Positions 34,363-46,485 of a stretch of 64,000 bases of DNA are shown here, piece by piece. Positions within the stretch are counted from its first letter, which is position 1. Each line of letters opens with the position of its first letter. The DNA lies in the NCBI GenBank assembly GCA_052327205.1, contig JBMRGM010000035.1, positions 56,916,001 through 56,980,000 of the forward strand, given 5' to 3'. The position numbers and the translations under genes are program-made. The notes below the pieces were generated by a model. That model was not told where the DNA came from, did not search any database, and saw nothing but the letters and a program-made list of their open reading frames with translations. Source of the stretch: Somniosus microcephalus (lineage: Eukaryota).

Positions 34363-36815
34363 ATAGAAACTTAGAAGATAGGAGCAGGAGTAGGCCATTC
34401 TGCCCCTCGAGCCTGCTCCACCATTCAGTACGATCATGGCTGATCATCCAAAATCAGTACCCGGTCCCTGCTTTCTCCCCATACCCCTTGATCCTTTTTG
34501 CCTCAAGAAATATATCCAACTCCTTCTTGAATATATTTATTGAATTGGCCTCTACTGCCTTCTGTGGCAGAGAATTCCACAGGTTCACCAATTTCTGGGT
34601 GAAGAAATTCCTCCTCATTTCTGTCCTAAATGGCTTACCCTTTATCCTTAGACTGTGACCCCTGGTTCTGGACTCCCCGACCATCGGGAACATCCTTCCT
34701 GTATCTAGTCTGTCCAGTCCTGTCAGAATTTTATAAGTTTCAATGCGATCCCCTCTCATTCTTCTAAACTCCAGCGAGTATAAGCCCAATCGACCCAATC
34801 TCTCCTCATACGTCATTCCTGCCATCCCAGGTATCAGCCTGGTGAAACTTCGCTGAACTCCTTCCATGGCAAGAACATCCTTCCTCAGACAAGGCGACTA
34901 AAACTGCACACATTACTCAAGATGTGGTCTCATCAAGGCCCTGTACAACTGCAGCAAGATATCTTTGTTCCTGTACTCACACCCTCTCGCTACGAAGGCC
35001 AACATACCATTTGCCTTCTTAACTGCCTGCTGCACCTGCATGCTTAACTTCAGCGATTGGTGCACAAGGACACCCAGGTCTCGTTGCACTTCCCTTCTCC
35101 CAATCTATTGCCATTTAGATAATAATCTGCCTTCCTGTTTTTGCCACCAAAGTGGATAACCTCGAATTTATCCACGATATATTGCATCTACCATGCTTCT
35201 GCCCAATCACCCAACCTGTCCAAATGACCTGTAGTTTCTCGGCATCCTCCTCACAGCACACACGCACACCCAGCTTTGTGCCATCTGCAAATTTGGAGAT
35301 ATTACATCCAATTCCCTTGCCTAGATCAGTAATATATATTGTGGATAGCTGGGGTCCAAGGGCTGATCCCTTCAGTACCCCACTAGTCACTGCCTGCCAC
35401 TCGGAAAAAGACCCGTTTATTCCAACTCTTTGCATTCTGTCTGTCAACCAGTTCTCTATCCAAGTCAATACCTTGCCCCAAATCCCATGAGCCTTAAGTT
35501 TACATGCTAATCTCTTATACGGGGCCTTATCGAAAGCCTTCTGAAAGTCCAAATACACCACATCCTCTGGTTCTCCCTGATCTATTTTACCAGTTACATC
35601 CTCAAAAAATTCCAGTGGATTAGTCAAGCACGATTTAGCTTTTGTAAATCCATGTTGACTTTGTCCGATCGTGCCACTGTTTGCCAAGTGCTCTGCTATT
35701 ACATCTTTTATAATGGACTCTACCATTTTCCCCACTACCGATGTCAGGCTTACCAGTCTGTAATACTCCGTTTGCTCTCTACCACCTTTTTAAAATAGTG
35801 GGGTAACATTAGTTACCCTCCAATTCATGGGTACTGTTCCAGATTCCATCGAATGTTGGAAGATGATCAGCAATGCATCTACTATTTCTAGGGCCACTTC
35901 CTTAAGTACCCTAGGATGTAGATTATCAGGCCCTGGGGATTTAGCGGACTTCAATCCCATCAATTTCCCTAACACCATTTCCCTACAAATACTGATTTCT
36001 TTCAGTTCCTCCCTTTCATCAGACCCTATGTTACCCAGCATCTCTGGGGGGTTATTTGTGTCCTCCTTTGTGAAGACAGAACCAAAATATGTATTTAATT
36101 GGTCAGCCATTTCTTTGTTCCCCATTATAAATTCCCCTGACTCTGACTGCAAGTGTCCTACGCTTGACTTCACCAAGCTTTTTCTCTTCACATATCTATA
36201 AAATCTTTTACAGTCAGTTTTTATGTTCCCTGAAAGCTTACTCTCATATTCTATTTTCCCCTTCTTAATTAATCCCTTTGTCGTCCTTTGTTGAATCCTA
36301 AACTGCACCCAATCCTCAGGTTTACTGCTTTTTCTGGCCAATTTATATGTCCTCTCCTTGGATCTTATGCTATCCCTAATTTCCATTGTTAGCCACGGTA
36401 GAATCAACTTTTTTGTTTTTTTTTTATGCCAAACTGGGACGAACAAATTCTGTAGTTCATCCATGCCGTCTTTGAATGTTTGCCATTGCATATCCACCGT
36501 CAACCCTTTGAGTGACATTCCCCAATCAATCCTACCCAACTCGTGCCTCAGACTATCATATTATGATCGCTCTGACCCAAGGGGCCTCGTAAAACAAGAT
36601 TGCTAATTAATCCTTTCTCATTACATAATACCCAGCCTAAGATGGCCTGATCTCTTGTTGATTCCTCGACTTACAGGTCCAGTAAACCATCCCGTAAACA
36701 CTCCAGGAATTCCTCCTCCACAGTATTGTTACTAATTTGGTTAGCCAAATCTATATGTAGATTGAAGTCACCCATCCTGACTGCTGTGCCCTTATTGCAC
36801 GCTTCTCTAATTTCC
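34363..36815 (-). mobile_element. CR1 LINE, 5'-truncated, same subfamily as 3990-5570
   Basis: ORFs 35790-36539, 35115-35735 and 34454-34867 with CR1 linker, RT and C-terminal motifs. Confidence 0.95.
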
Positions 36816-36900
36816 CTTAACGCTGTCTCTGATCTACAATATCTGCTTTAGGTATGTGAAATTATCATTGCCGAGATTAAACAGGTTGTGCACGGTTAGC

Positions 36901-36990
36901 CGTTCTTAGCTCTAAGGGTGTGTTTTACGTTTTGGGACTTCACGTCAATTAAAATGCAAGTTGTATCGGATTCAAATCCCGGACGCGCCC
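36901..36990 (+). tRNA. tRNA-Pro(TGG) pseudogene with 18-nt intron
   Basis: ...TTACGT TT TGG G [ACTTCACGTCAATTAAAA] T GCAAG...GGATTCAAATCCCGGACGCGCCC; length 90 = 72+18. Confidence 0.75.
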
Positions 36991-37903
36991 CAATATTTTA
37001 ATAGAAGCACGTTCCTCGGCCAGGAGACATTCAACAAGTCTTCAAATAATAACTGCCAGAAAAATCAGCGTGTGTTCAGTACATCGCAAGAAAACGGCAA
37101 TTTTATTATTTAAAGCAGTAATTCAGTCCCAGAAGTGCCAAAACTGTGAGGTAAATATGTAAATTCATTTGTTTCCAGAAGCCTGCTCCACATTTTCCAC
37201 ATTGTCAATCTGGGAGCACGGGCAGGACATGCGTGTGGTAAAGGGCCTTTATTAAAGGTTGTTTCTACCGTTTGGAAACAGAAATAATGAAATAAAAGGG
37301 ATTTTTGGATGAGTCCTTTTGGATAATAATGTTAGCTCGAGGTTGGTGAGAGGTTAAAGTCTCAGGACTGTTAATCCAGTTGGAAGATATGTAGACTGAA
37401 AATGTTACAGTCCCCAAGTTAGACGATATTTTCTCTCCCTGATTGGTAAACTTCTCCCAATTTCTCAACCTAATATTTCACCCAGCTCTAATGGAAAGAA
37501 GCTGGAATCGAGAGCGCCTTCCTCCTTCCGTCCCTGCTTGCTTCATTCCCTTCCTCCTTGTTCGTGGTTTCCTGCCTCATTGGACAATGAGCCTGACTTT
37601 GATTTTAACTCTGTGATCGACATCTTATCAGTTCCAGTCCTAACCTCGTCTTTTTGCAGATTTATTCAAATCTATTTGATGGAAACTCTCCAACATTTAA
37701 TAAAACCGTCCATTAATGCCTGTGAGTTAAAACAGGCGTTTTAATGGTGAGGGAATATTAGAGGACCAGAACAACTCCTGCAGCAATCGAAATAGAGTTA
37801 GTGCCCAGCTCTGCTGTTCGGGGCAATCCTCGACTCCTCGTGTTTCATTTTCACTTCGATGCGAATAGCTGAGAGCGAACTCCAATCTATACGGGCTTTA
37901 CAC

Positions 37904-38984
37904 AGGTTAACTGACATAAATCAAAGAGCAGGGATAAACGGGTCCTTTTTGAGGATTGCAGGCATTGACTGGTGGGTTACCGCAAGGATCGGTGCTTGGG
38001 CCCCACCTATTCACAATCTATATCAATGATTTGGATGAGGGGACTAAATGTAACATTTCCAAATTTGCTGATGATACAAAGTTAACTGGCAGGGTCGGTT
38101 GTGAAAAGGACGTGAGGAGGCTTCAAGGGGATCTCGACAGGCTCAGTGAGTGGGCTAGAACATGGCAGATGGAAGATAATGTGGATACATGTGAGGGTAT
38201 CCACTTTGTTAGAAAAAACAGAAAGGCACCACTTCCTAAATGGTGAGCAATTGGGGAATGCAGATGATTAAAGGGACCTGGGTGTCCTTATATATCAGTC
38301 ACTAAAAGTGAATCTGCAGGTGCAGCAAGTCATTAGGAAGGCAATTGGTTTGCGGGCCTTCATGACAAGAAGATTTGAGTACAGGAGTGAAGAAGTCTTA
38401 CTCCAAATATATAGGGCATTGGTGAGGCCACACCTGGAGTACTGTGTACAATTTTGATCTCCTTTCCTATGGAAGCATATACTTGCCATAGAGGGGCTGC
38501 ATTGAAGATTCACGAGATTGATTCCTCAGATGGCGGGACCATCCTATGAGAATAGATTGAGTAAACTAGGCCTATATTCTCTTGAATTCAGAACAATGAG
38601 AGGGGATCTCATTGAAGCAAGCAATATTATTATAGGGTGGATGCTGGGAGAATGTTTCCCAAGGCTGGGCAGTCTAGAACCAGGGGCCACAGGCTCAGTA
38701 TAAAGGGTAGGCCATTTAGGAATGAGATGAGAAGACATTTCTTCACACAGAGGGTGGTGAATTTTTGGAATTCTCTATCCCAGAGGCCTGTGGAGGCTCT
38801 GTCATTGGTTATATTCAAAACAGAAGTCGATAGTTTTCTGACTAGTAAGGGCATCAAGGGATATACCGATAGGGCCGGTGAATGGAGTTGAGGCAGAAAT
38901 CAGCCATGAACTCATTGAATGGCAGGCTGGGCTCGAAGGGCCGAATGGCCTACTCCTGTTCCTATTTCTTATCTTCTTATGTTC
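37904..38984 (+). mobile_element. CR1 LINE, 5'-truncated, with TSD
   Basis: PQGSVLGP and FADD motifs; TSD TTACAC at 37898-37903 and 38985-38990; empty site at about 51131. Confidence 0.95.
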
Positions 38985-39964
38985 TTACACCGCTTGAAAG
39001 ATTAACAGAAAAAGCAAATGATGAGGGAGCTGGAAGAAAGGGTTAAATTTATCCTTTGGAAATGAATTTAATTTCAAACGTTTATCGATCATAGACCAGT
39101 GCAGTTTTCTGATTCGCAACAAGTCAGTACATTTTATTTCTGTTAATCTTTTTCCCTGCTCCCGCTCTTCATAGAGAGCACAGCATCCCGTGCCACGAGC
39201 ATTCAAAAACATTTCAATTATGGCCATCCTCCTGTAATCGCTGCTTTCACCCACTAGCGCTCTTTCCAGTTATCCTCTATTTATTTCAATCACACACTTC
39301 AAAAGACTTGTTAAGATTAAAACGGAACACTTCCAATCTAACTGCACCATAACAGCGGGCCAATGGCTCACATGTAAACCCTCGTTGGCAGCTAGGTAGC
39401 GCTGCCCGTCGCTCACGCACTGCAAAAGTTTTGGGAAAAGCGCCAGCCAGCATCAAAACAAAACCCAGTTCTGCAGTTAACAAGATATCGCAAGATTCTC
39501 AAAGGAAATTTCGTGAACAATCCGGCCGCTGTCGTTCTAAAGTCCTGTCCTGCTTTCGCAGCGCTTATCTGTCAAGCGGTCACACAGAGCTAAATGTATC
39601 GACTGGTTGTACATTGGTGCGAATGGGACATGTGCCTCCATGAACCACGGTGGTAGCAGAGAGAACTTAACCACGCAAGCACATGAAAGTGAATGTTAGA
39701 TTAAGGTAATACCGCAGGCAAGTGACAAAGAAATGGAAGGAGGCAAGTAAAGAATGGCTACTGATTGTGGAAGAAGAAAAAGCTGGGAGAAGAGGCGGGT
39801 TTGAATTATGGAGCATCAAGCTCAGGCATGTGAGAGCGCGGGTTTAAAAGGAGTAAATAGGTTTTCACCGCCAACAAAACATCATTTTTCACGTCGTAAA
39901 GCTTGATTTTACAGTCTGTTCCATTAGCAGGTGCTGCAGAGGACAGAAGATGCAAAGCGAGCTG

Positions 39965-40036
39965 TGACGTGATTTAAGTTTGAACCGAGGTTACTGCGGC
40001 CACAATGCAGGGCACTAACCATGATGTGATCACAGC
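39965..40036 (-). tRNA. tRNA-His(GTG) pseudogene
   Basis: GAACCGAGGTTACTGCGGCCACAATGCAGGGCACTAACC core; flanks paralogous to the other His copies. Confidence 0.8.
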
Positions 40037-40167
40037 GCCACACGTCGGCTTCGCGTATTTTTTCTGACCACAGCATAGTTGTGCACGGCACGGATATTTT
40101 TGCTGTTAAATATGAATAAAAGGCGACGTATGTTTGCAGCTGTTGATGTTTCTGTCCTGTTACTGTC

Positions 40168-40500
40168 ATAGGAACATAGAAACAGGAGGAGGCCATTCAG
40201 GCCCTCGAGCCTGCTCCGCTATTCAATTAGATCATGGCAGATCTGTATCTGAACTCCATCTACCTGCGATGATTCAATAAACCTTCACATCCTCACTGAA
40301 CACAAACCTATCGATTTCATTTTGAAATTGTCAATTGATCCCCAGCCTGAGCAGCTGTTTCGGGAAGAGAGTTCAAGATTCCCACTACCCTCTGTGTGAA
40401 GAAGCGCTTCCTTACATCATCCCTGAACGGGATAGCTCTAATTTTACGATTATGCCCCATTGTGTTGGACCCTCCCAACTGAGGAAATAGATTATCTCTC
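40168..40500 (-). mobile_element. CR1 3' fragment
   Basis: CATAGGAACATAGAAACAGGAGGAGGCCATTCAGG...GATCATGGCAGATC tail. Confidence 0.85.
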
Positions 40501-40719
40501 TCTTACACCTATTTGTTTGCAGCTCTGACCGAAGTTCTCACCCCAGAACATTAACTGTCCCTCTGATCGTGTCCCGCTAATTTGGATTTTGAGTTCATGC
40601 CTCTTTCCCTGATGATTCTTTTCGCCCTCTCTCTGCAAATGGATTTGTTGCAGATTACTGGCAGCAGGCGGCAGAAGCAATCGGGATATGGGCGCTGATA
40701 GGGAATGCTGCTACTCAAG

Positions 40720-41036
40720 GCTGTCTCACAGCGCTAGGGACCCGGGTTCGAATCTGTCCTCGGGCGACAGTCTGTATGGAGTTTGCACATTTTCCCCGTG
40801 TTTCCGTGGGTTTTTTCCGGGTGCTCCGGTTTCCTCCCACAGTCCAAAGATGTGCGGGTTAGGTTGATTGGCAATGATAAATTGACCCTTAGTGTTAGGG
40901 GGATTAAATACGTGGGGGTACGGGGATAGGGTGGGATATGTGTTGGTGTAGGGGTTACGGGGATCGGGTGGGATATGTGTCGGTGCAGGCTCGATGGGCC
41001 GAAATGTGATCTATCTGCACTGTGGTGTTTCTGTGA
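40720..41036 (+). mobile_element. HE1-like V-SINE
   Basis: B box GGGTTCGAATC, V domain GGAGTTTGCACATTTTCCCCGTG...GGGTGCTCCGGTTTCCTCCCACAGTCCAAAGATGTGC, and CR1-like tail. Confidence 0.9.
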
Positions 41037-41821
41037 TTCCCAATACCAATGCTCTGGCACGTGTGCCCACAGTTCCATACCCGTTCCAAGCCCTCTTTTT
41101 ACTGTCGATGACTTGCTCGGAATGTGCTTGGAGAAGTGTTAGAATTGCAGCACAGCCCTTCCCACTTTCGCTTACTCTAAATCTCCATCCAGCATTTTCA
41201 CCAATGCAATGTTCATCAGCTTGAGCTACTGTTTAATTTGTTCTCGACATTAACTGTGCTGATCCTTTAACTTGTCCCACTACACCGCATCTCCAAATTT
41301 TTCGATTTCACCTCGAAGGAACTTTTCATACGTAAACCTGAAACAAGTGCCAGAGAAAGATTCAATTTCAGCGGTTTCAACAACAATGAGTCGATCAATA
41401 TTAAGCTCGACCATCCTCACATAAACGCTGCAGATGCAAATCTCTCCCCTCCTCTGCTTCAGTGATATTCTGTTTCGCGGTGATGGGCAGTTTATGCTCT
41501 CTGAGGCTGCAATCGCTTCTTTCCGCAGGCAGCGGGCGCTTTGAGAGAACGGGGCCGGACAGGTGGCCTGAAATTCGCTGCTGTCCCGGCCTCACTCACT
41601 CCAGGAGCTGGGGAACAGCAAACAAACTCATGGGTTTGTTGCCGCGTCTGAAATGCGGCTCCGAACTGTTGCTATTAACCGAGGCAGAGCTGCAGGATTC
41701 TGTAATGATCTCTCACACTGTCGGTGTCTCTGTAGATTTTGATTACATACAGAACTGTACAGAGAAAAGGAGAATACCGCACAGCTGTTAATGTATTTTA
41801 TTGATCTCTACCAACAACAGC

Positions 41822-41881
41822 TGATTGAACCGGGGACCTGTTGTACTTTAGAGGGAAGTGATAACCGGCGCACTTCGGAAT
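41822..41881 (-). tRNA. tRNA-Val-derived pseudogene
   Basis: Inverted paralog of 29125-29185. Confidence 0.7.
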
Positions 41882-42129
41882 AAGGTGCTCTGTAAAGAAT
41901 GATAGGAACAACTCAGAAGAGAACTGTCATCTATAAATGCTCTTAATGGGTTCCATTAACATTTAGAAAACTGCTTATTCTATTAATTATGCAAAACTAA
42001 CTAATCTGTGCAAAAAGTTTGTGGTAATCGCCATTAATCAACCGCTAACTTTCTGATTCGTACGGACCGAAAAACTCACATGGTTACCGAGTCATAGGCG
42101 AATGGGACATGTAACAGGTGTTTTAAGCA

Positions 42130-42345
42130 CCATCATCCATTTTGTCTCTTATCCCTCCTGCCTTCCATCCTATCACAGACCTTTCCTTTTGCTCTTTCCT
42201 CTCCTCCCCCTTTCCCTGCCCCGACACTTGGTTAAAAACCTGTTACAACTCCAGCTTTTTCCAGCTCTGACGGGGGGTAATAGGCCTGAAACGTTAACTT
42301 TGTTTCTCTCTCCACAGATGCCCCCTGAGCTGCAATGTATTTCGC
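42130..42345 (+). mobile_element. Penelope pLTR fragment
   Basis: CCTGAAACGTTAACTTTGTTTCTCTCTCCACAGATGC motif preceded by a pyrimidine-rich tract. Confidence 0.7.
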
Positions 42346-42666
42346 GTTGCACTTCTAGTTAATGGTTGAAAAGGTCATTCAAAGTTTTTGGGTTCCATTA
42401 CCACCAGAGTTGCTGTTCAGTACGATTTCGGTGATGAAGGTTTGCAGCAAAACCACAACTCGTTCATTTACGTCCTGCAAGGATTGGGAATCGCCAGCGA
42501 GGTCGCTTGAATTGTGAATAATTAAAATGTCAGCTTTAATCTGCTCACCACCTTAAAATATTTGCTTTATTACACGTGTGTTGTGTCGACAAACCCTGTG
42601 CATTCTGCCCTCTGGAGCTCAAACATTCTCTGGAGAAACGTCAATCGTGCCTTCTGTAAAGAAATA

Positions 42667-43057
42667 ATTTGAACCAGGGAACCTCTCCCATATCAATCAA
42701 TGAAATCCTTTAACTGCAGAGCCTGTGTCCAGGAGAACAAGGGGTTGACCATTTAGGACTGAGATGAGGAGAAATGTCTTCACTCAGAGGGTGGTGAATC
42801 TTTGGAATTCTCTATCCCAGAGGGCTGTGGAGGCTCAGTCTTTGAGTCTGTTCAAGACAGAGATCGATAGATTTTTTAATATTAAGGGAATCAAGTGATC
42901 TGGGGATAGTGCAGGAAAGTGGAGATGAGGTAGAAGATCAGCCATGATCTTATTGAATTGCGGAGCAAGCTCGAGGGTCCAAATGGCCTACCCCTGCTCC
43001 TATTTCTGATGTTCTTGTGTACTTAAGTGAGAATCAAAACCCCGAGACCAACGAGCC
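42667..43057 (-). tRNA. tRNA-Pro pseudogene with intron, split at the anticodon loop by an insertion
   Basis: 5' half (reverse complement GGCTCGTTGGTCTCGGGGTTTTGATTCTCACTTAAG) at 43022-43057; intron and 3' half (reverse complement GG[ATTTCATTGATTGATA]TGGGAGAGGTTCCCTGGTTCAAAT) at 42667-42708. Confidence 0.7.
42738..43020 (+). mobile_element. CR1 3' fragment
   Basis: CCATTTAGGACTGAGATGAGGAGAAAT...GGCCTACCCCTGCTCCTATTTCTGATGTTCTTG. Confidence 0.9.
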
Positions 43058-43384
43058 GCTGGAAACGAAGCGGTAAGATTTCGCTGCCACGCACAGCTTT
43101 CAGACCGCTTCTGTCCATCTAATACCGCTTTCTAATACAATGTTCAACGATATCAAGTGATACACGAAATATTTCAATTCAACAATATTAGCCCCACTTC
43201 ACCAGATTCGTCTTGAAAATCCATTGTTAACTTTTCAGAATTACTTCCCCTGCCGTCTCAGTCATTATTTCTTTCTTTACACTTTTCTGCTGGTGTTGCA
43301 GGTTAGATCAGCCTCGGCCGTTCAAGGAAATCTGAGAAGTCCATCAGGGTAAAACACAGCGAAACTAAGAAACAATGACAGGGA

Positions 43385-43473
43385 GAGAGATGGTATCTAC
43401 GGGTACGATTCTCACGCAGAAAATTTCGCTGTATTAAATGCGAGAGGCGAAGTTTCAAATCCCGGATGAGCCC
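43385..43473 (+). tRNA. tRNA-Pro pseudogene with 17-nt intron
   Basis: ...TCTACGGGTACGATTCTCAC GC AGA A [AATTTCGCTGTATTAAA] T GCGAGAGG...TTCAAATCCCGGATGAGCCC. Confidence 0.8.
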
Positions 43474-43880
43474 CTCGCTTTTTAGTCAAAATCCAAAATT
43501 CCCTCGGCTTGGCGATATTGCAGAAAACTTAAAATACAAACTGCCACAAATACTGTGCAGAGCCTGTGTCCAGTGTATATCCAGAAAGCCACGATTTTAT
43601 TATTGAAAACGGGAATTCAGTCCCAGGTGTGCCGAAACTGTGAGGTAAAAATGTAAATCCATTTATTTGCAGAAGCCTGCTCCACATTTTCCACATTGTC
43701 AATCTGGGAGCGCGGGTAGGACATATCTTCAAGCCTGCCGCTCACCCACAAAGCAGCACAAACTCACGGATTCAGAAATCACATTATTTTAGCCACTTTA
43801 CCGAAAATCCACCGTTTCTAAGCAGTGCCGTGTGTGACTTTACTGTGGTCAGAACAGAATTGCAACAACTAATGTGTGTC

Positions 43881-43953
43881 GCCGTGATCGTATATTGGTT
43901 AGTACTCTCCATTGTGGCCGCAGCAACCTCGGTTCTGAATCCGAATCATGGCA
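43881..43953 (+). tRNA. tRNA-His(GTG), degenerate (1-nt insertion in the B box)
   Basis: GCCGTGATCGTATATTGGTTAGTACTCTCCATTGTGGCCGCAGCAACCTCGGTTCTGAATCCGAATCATGGCA. Confidence 0.9.
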
Positions 43954-44149
43954 CAGCTTGATTTATATCTCCTGTTCTCTGCGGCACCTGCTGATGGAAC
44001 GCAATCCCTTAATCAACACGTTAACTTTTACTAAATTAAGAAAATATTTACTGATGGTGTTACGCACAAAACGTGGGATGTGGGACAAAATAACCAGCAC
44101 AAGCACGGCCGACCACATGGTTTCCTTATGCACTGTAAGTTTCTACGTA

Positions 44150-44475
44150 GTTTTTGATGAGGTAACAGAGAGTGTTGATGAGGGCAATGAGGTTGACGTG
44201 CTGTACATGGACTTCCAAATAGCCGTTTGACAAAGTGCCACATAATAGGCTTGCCAGCAAAGTTAAAGACCATGGAATAAAAGGGTCAGTGGCTGCATGG
44301 ATACGGAATTGTCTAAGTGACAGTGAAACAGGGAGTAGTGGTGACTGGCTGTTTTTCAGGCTGGAGGAAGGTACACAGTTGTGTTCCCCAGAGGTCGGGA
44401 CTAGGACCACTGATTTTCTCGATATATAGTAATGACTTGGGCTTGGGTGTACAGGGCACAATTTCAAAATTTGCA
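44150..44475 (+). mobile_element. CR1 RT fragment
   Basis: FDEVTESVDEGNEVDVLYMDF, PHNRLASKV and ISKFA. Confidence 0.85.
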
Positions 44476-44481
44476 ACTTAC

Positions 44482-44533
44482 TTTCCCTTAGGGAATTCCA
44501 CTGACTGAAGTGCGAGAGATCCCAGACGAGCTT
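44482..44533 (+). tRNA. tRNA-Pro(AGG) remnant with 17-nt intron and T-arm deletion
   Basis: TT AGG G [AATTCCACTGACTGAAG] T GCGAGAG ATCCCAGACGAGC. Confidence 0.7.
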
Positions 44534-44915
44534 CTGGCTTTTTGGTCAAGCATCACCAATTGCTTCAGCTTGGCGACACTGCAGAAGTCTTGAAATAATA
44601 ACTGCCCAACTATACTGTGCAGAGCCTGTGTCTAGTATATAACAAGAAACACGCGATTTTATTATTAAAAGCGGGAATTCAGTCCCAGATGCGCCGAAAC
44701 TGTGAGGTAAATATGTAAATCCGTTTGCATCCAAAAGCCTGCTCCACATTTTCCACATTGTCAATCTGGCAACACGAGCAGGACATCTCTTAAGTCTGCC
44801 GCTCACCCACAAAGCAGCACAAACTCACGGATTCAGAAACAACTTATAGATGGAGAATCAATGATAAGCGATACCAAAGGGACCGGCAATTCCTGTAACC
44901 CAGGGAAAATGCTTT

Positions 44916-44988
44916 GGCTCCGTGGGTTAGTTGGTTAAAGTGCCTGTTTATAAACAGGCGTTTCTGGCATGGACTCCCAGCTTTGTTG
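44916..44988 (+). tRNA. tRNA-Thr(AGT)-derived pseudogene
   Basis: GGCTCCGTGGGTTAGTTGGTTAAAGTGCCTGTTTATAAACAGG...GACTCCCAGC. Confidence 0.8.
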
Positions 44989-45111
44989 TGTAATTTGTGA
45001 TATTAAGCAACAAAATAACACTGCATCTGGAAATCACGCTGACCAGAGCATGGAAATAACAATTTTAATAAAATTACCAGCATTTTTTTGAAATGATTGG
45101 TGTAAACCTTG

Positions 45112-45245
45112 GATCTGAGGAGAGCTCTTCGACCTGAAACATTAACCCTGTGTTTCCGTCTCCACAGATGATCCCGGACCTGCGGAGTGTTTACAGCATT
45201 TTCTGAATAATTTCATTTCTAGACTCTGTAGTATTTAGCATTGTC
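45112..45245 (+). mobile_element. Penelope pLTR fragment
   Basis: GACCTGAAACATTAAC...CTCCACAGATG...ACCTGCGGAGTGTTTACAGCATTTTCTG. Confidence 0.65.
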
Positions 45246-45308
45246 TTTTAACCTTGCATTATCAGAAAGAAGACTGTGACTGGACAATTGAAACTCTAGA
45301 TCCGGTAC

Positions 45309-45379
45309 GCGTTGGCGGTTCAGGGGCAAAATTCGCGCCTGCATTGTGGGAAACAAGGTTTCGACTCCCGGCCAATGCA
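45309..45379 (+). tRNA. tRNA-Gly(GCC)-derived pseudogene
   Basis: GCGTTGGCGGTTCAGGGGCAAAATTCGCGCCTGC...TTCGACTCCCGGCCAATGCA, 71 nt. Confidence 0.8.
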
Positions 45380-45914
45380 AGTGTGAGCTTCTTACCAAAA
45401 TACAGCAGCAAACTACTGCGTGATACTGGAATTCGTACTAATAGTACTTCGGTTAACATTTTAAATTAAAGAAGTTTCATGAAACGCAGTACAAAAAAGA
45501 CATTTGTATCAAACTTTCCGTCATTCTGTTTTCAAGGAAAAGAGTAATAATTTGAGTTAAGTGAAGGTAAATCCATTCCAAACCTCAGGGAAACAGCTCC
45601 GAGCTTCCACAAGGAGGGAGACGCTGAGACGCGAGCGAGAAAGGAGAAGGATCGGGAGGAAGGATTTTGTTAAAGGCGGTTAGAGCCCGAAGCTGCGGTA
45701 ATATTTTAGTGTTTGTGGTGGGTTTGCATGGTGTTTTGAATTCGGCACCCGTGGGACCATTTCAAAAGCCAGCTTCTCACATCTTTTCAGCGCTAGACAA
45801 AGCAGCACTGTCTAATATTCCGGGCAGAAGGTGTTTCAAGAAGATTAACGCTGAATGTAAGTTTATCCCAATTCAGGCGAGCTCATGGGTGCAGAAAGCA
45901 AAATGTAATGGTCC

Positions 45915-45940
45915 TGCATTGCCCAGAATCGAACACGGGT
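45915..45940 (-). tRNA. tRNA-Gly 3' remnant
   Basis: TGCATTGCCCAGAATCGAACACGGG; paralog of 19846. Confidence 0.5.
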
Positions 45941-46139
45941 GTAAGACGTCCAATGAAACACAGAGACCGACCCTTTAACTTTACTCAGTTGGTTTGTTTT
46001 CAGTTGCTCCTGTGAAGCTCTGGGATTTAGAAAGATAGGGTAAAAACGACGCAAAATCACATGTTTTTAAAGTAAAGTATTTATGTTTTCTACAATGTCG
46101 ATTGGCTCTACGAAGCTGAGTTTTGACTAAAATCTAGTG

Positions 46140-46227
46140 GGGTTCGACCAGAAATTGAAGCTGGGATTTATCACAATTCAGCTGTGATACGCCTAAAGTG
46201 ATAATTATACCCCTAGACCAACGAGCC
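46140..46227 (-). tRNA. tRNA-Pro-body pseudogene (anticodon TAG) with 16-nt intron
   Basis: Reverse complement GGCTCGTTGGTCTAGGGGTATAATTATCAC TT TAG G [CGTATCACAGCTGAAT] T GTGATAAATCCCAGCTTCAATTTCTGGTCGAACCC; length 88 = 72+16. Confidence 0.85.
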
Positions 46228-46485
46228 GCCGACATATAAGTGTGAAACTCATTAAGTACTGGAATCTCAGATTCTGACGGTACTGAAGTAAACTGTCTCT
46301 GAGAGTGCTATCTAATTAGTCCCACTCTCCATAGACCGACAAGTGTTTTCCCTTTAAAGTATATATTGGTAACTTGAGACATGACATAAGCTAAATTAAT
46401 CAGGCTTGGGAGCAAAAGGTGAATTTGGACATGACGTTAAAGGTGAATGTCAAAAGAACCGAAGGTGTCAAACATTTAACATAAA

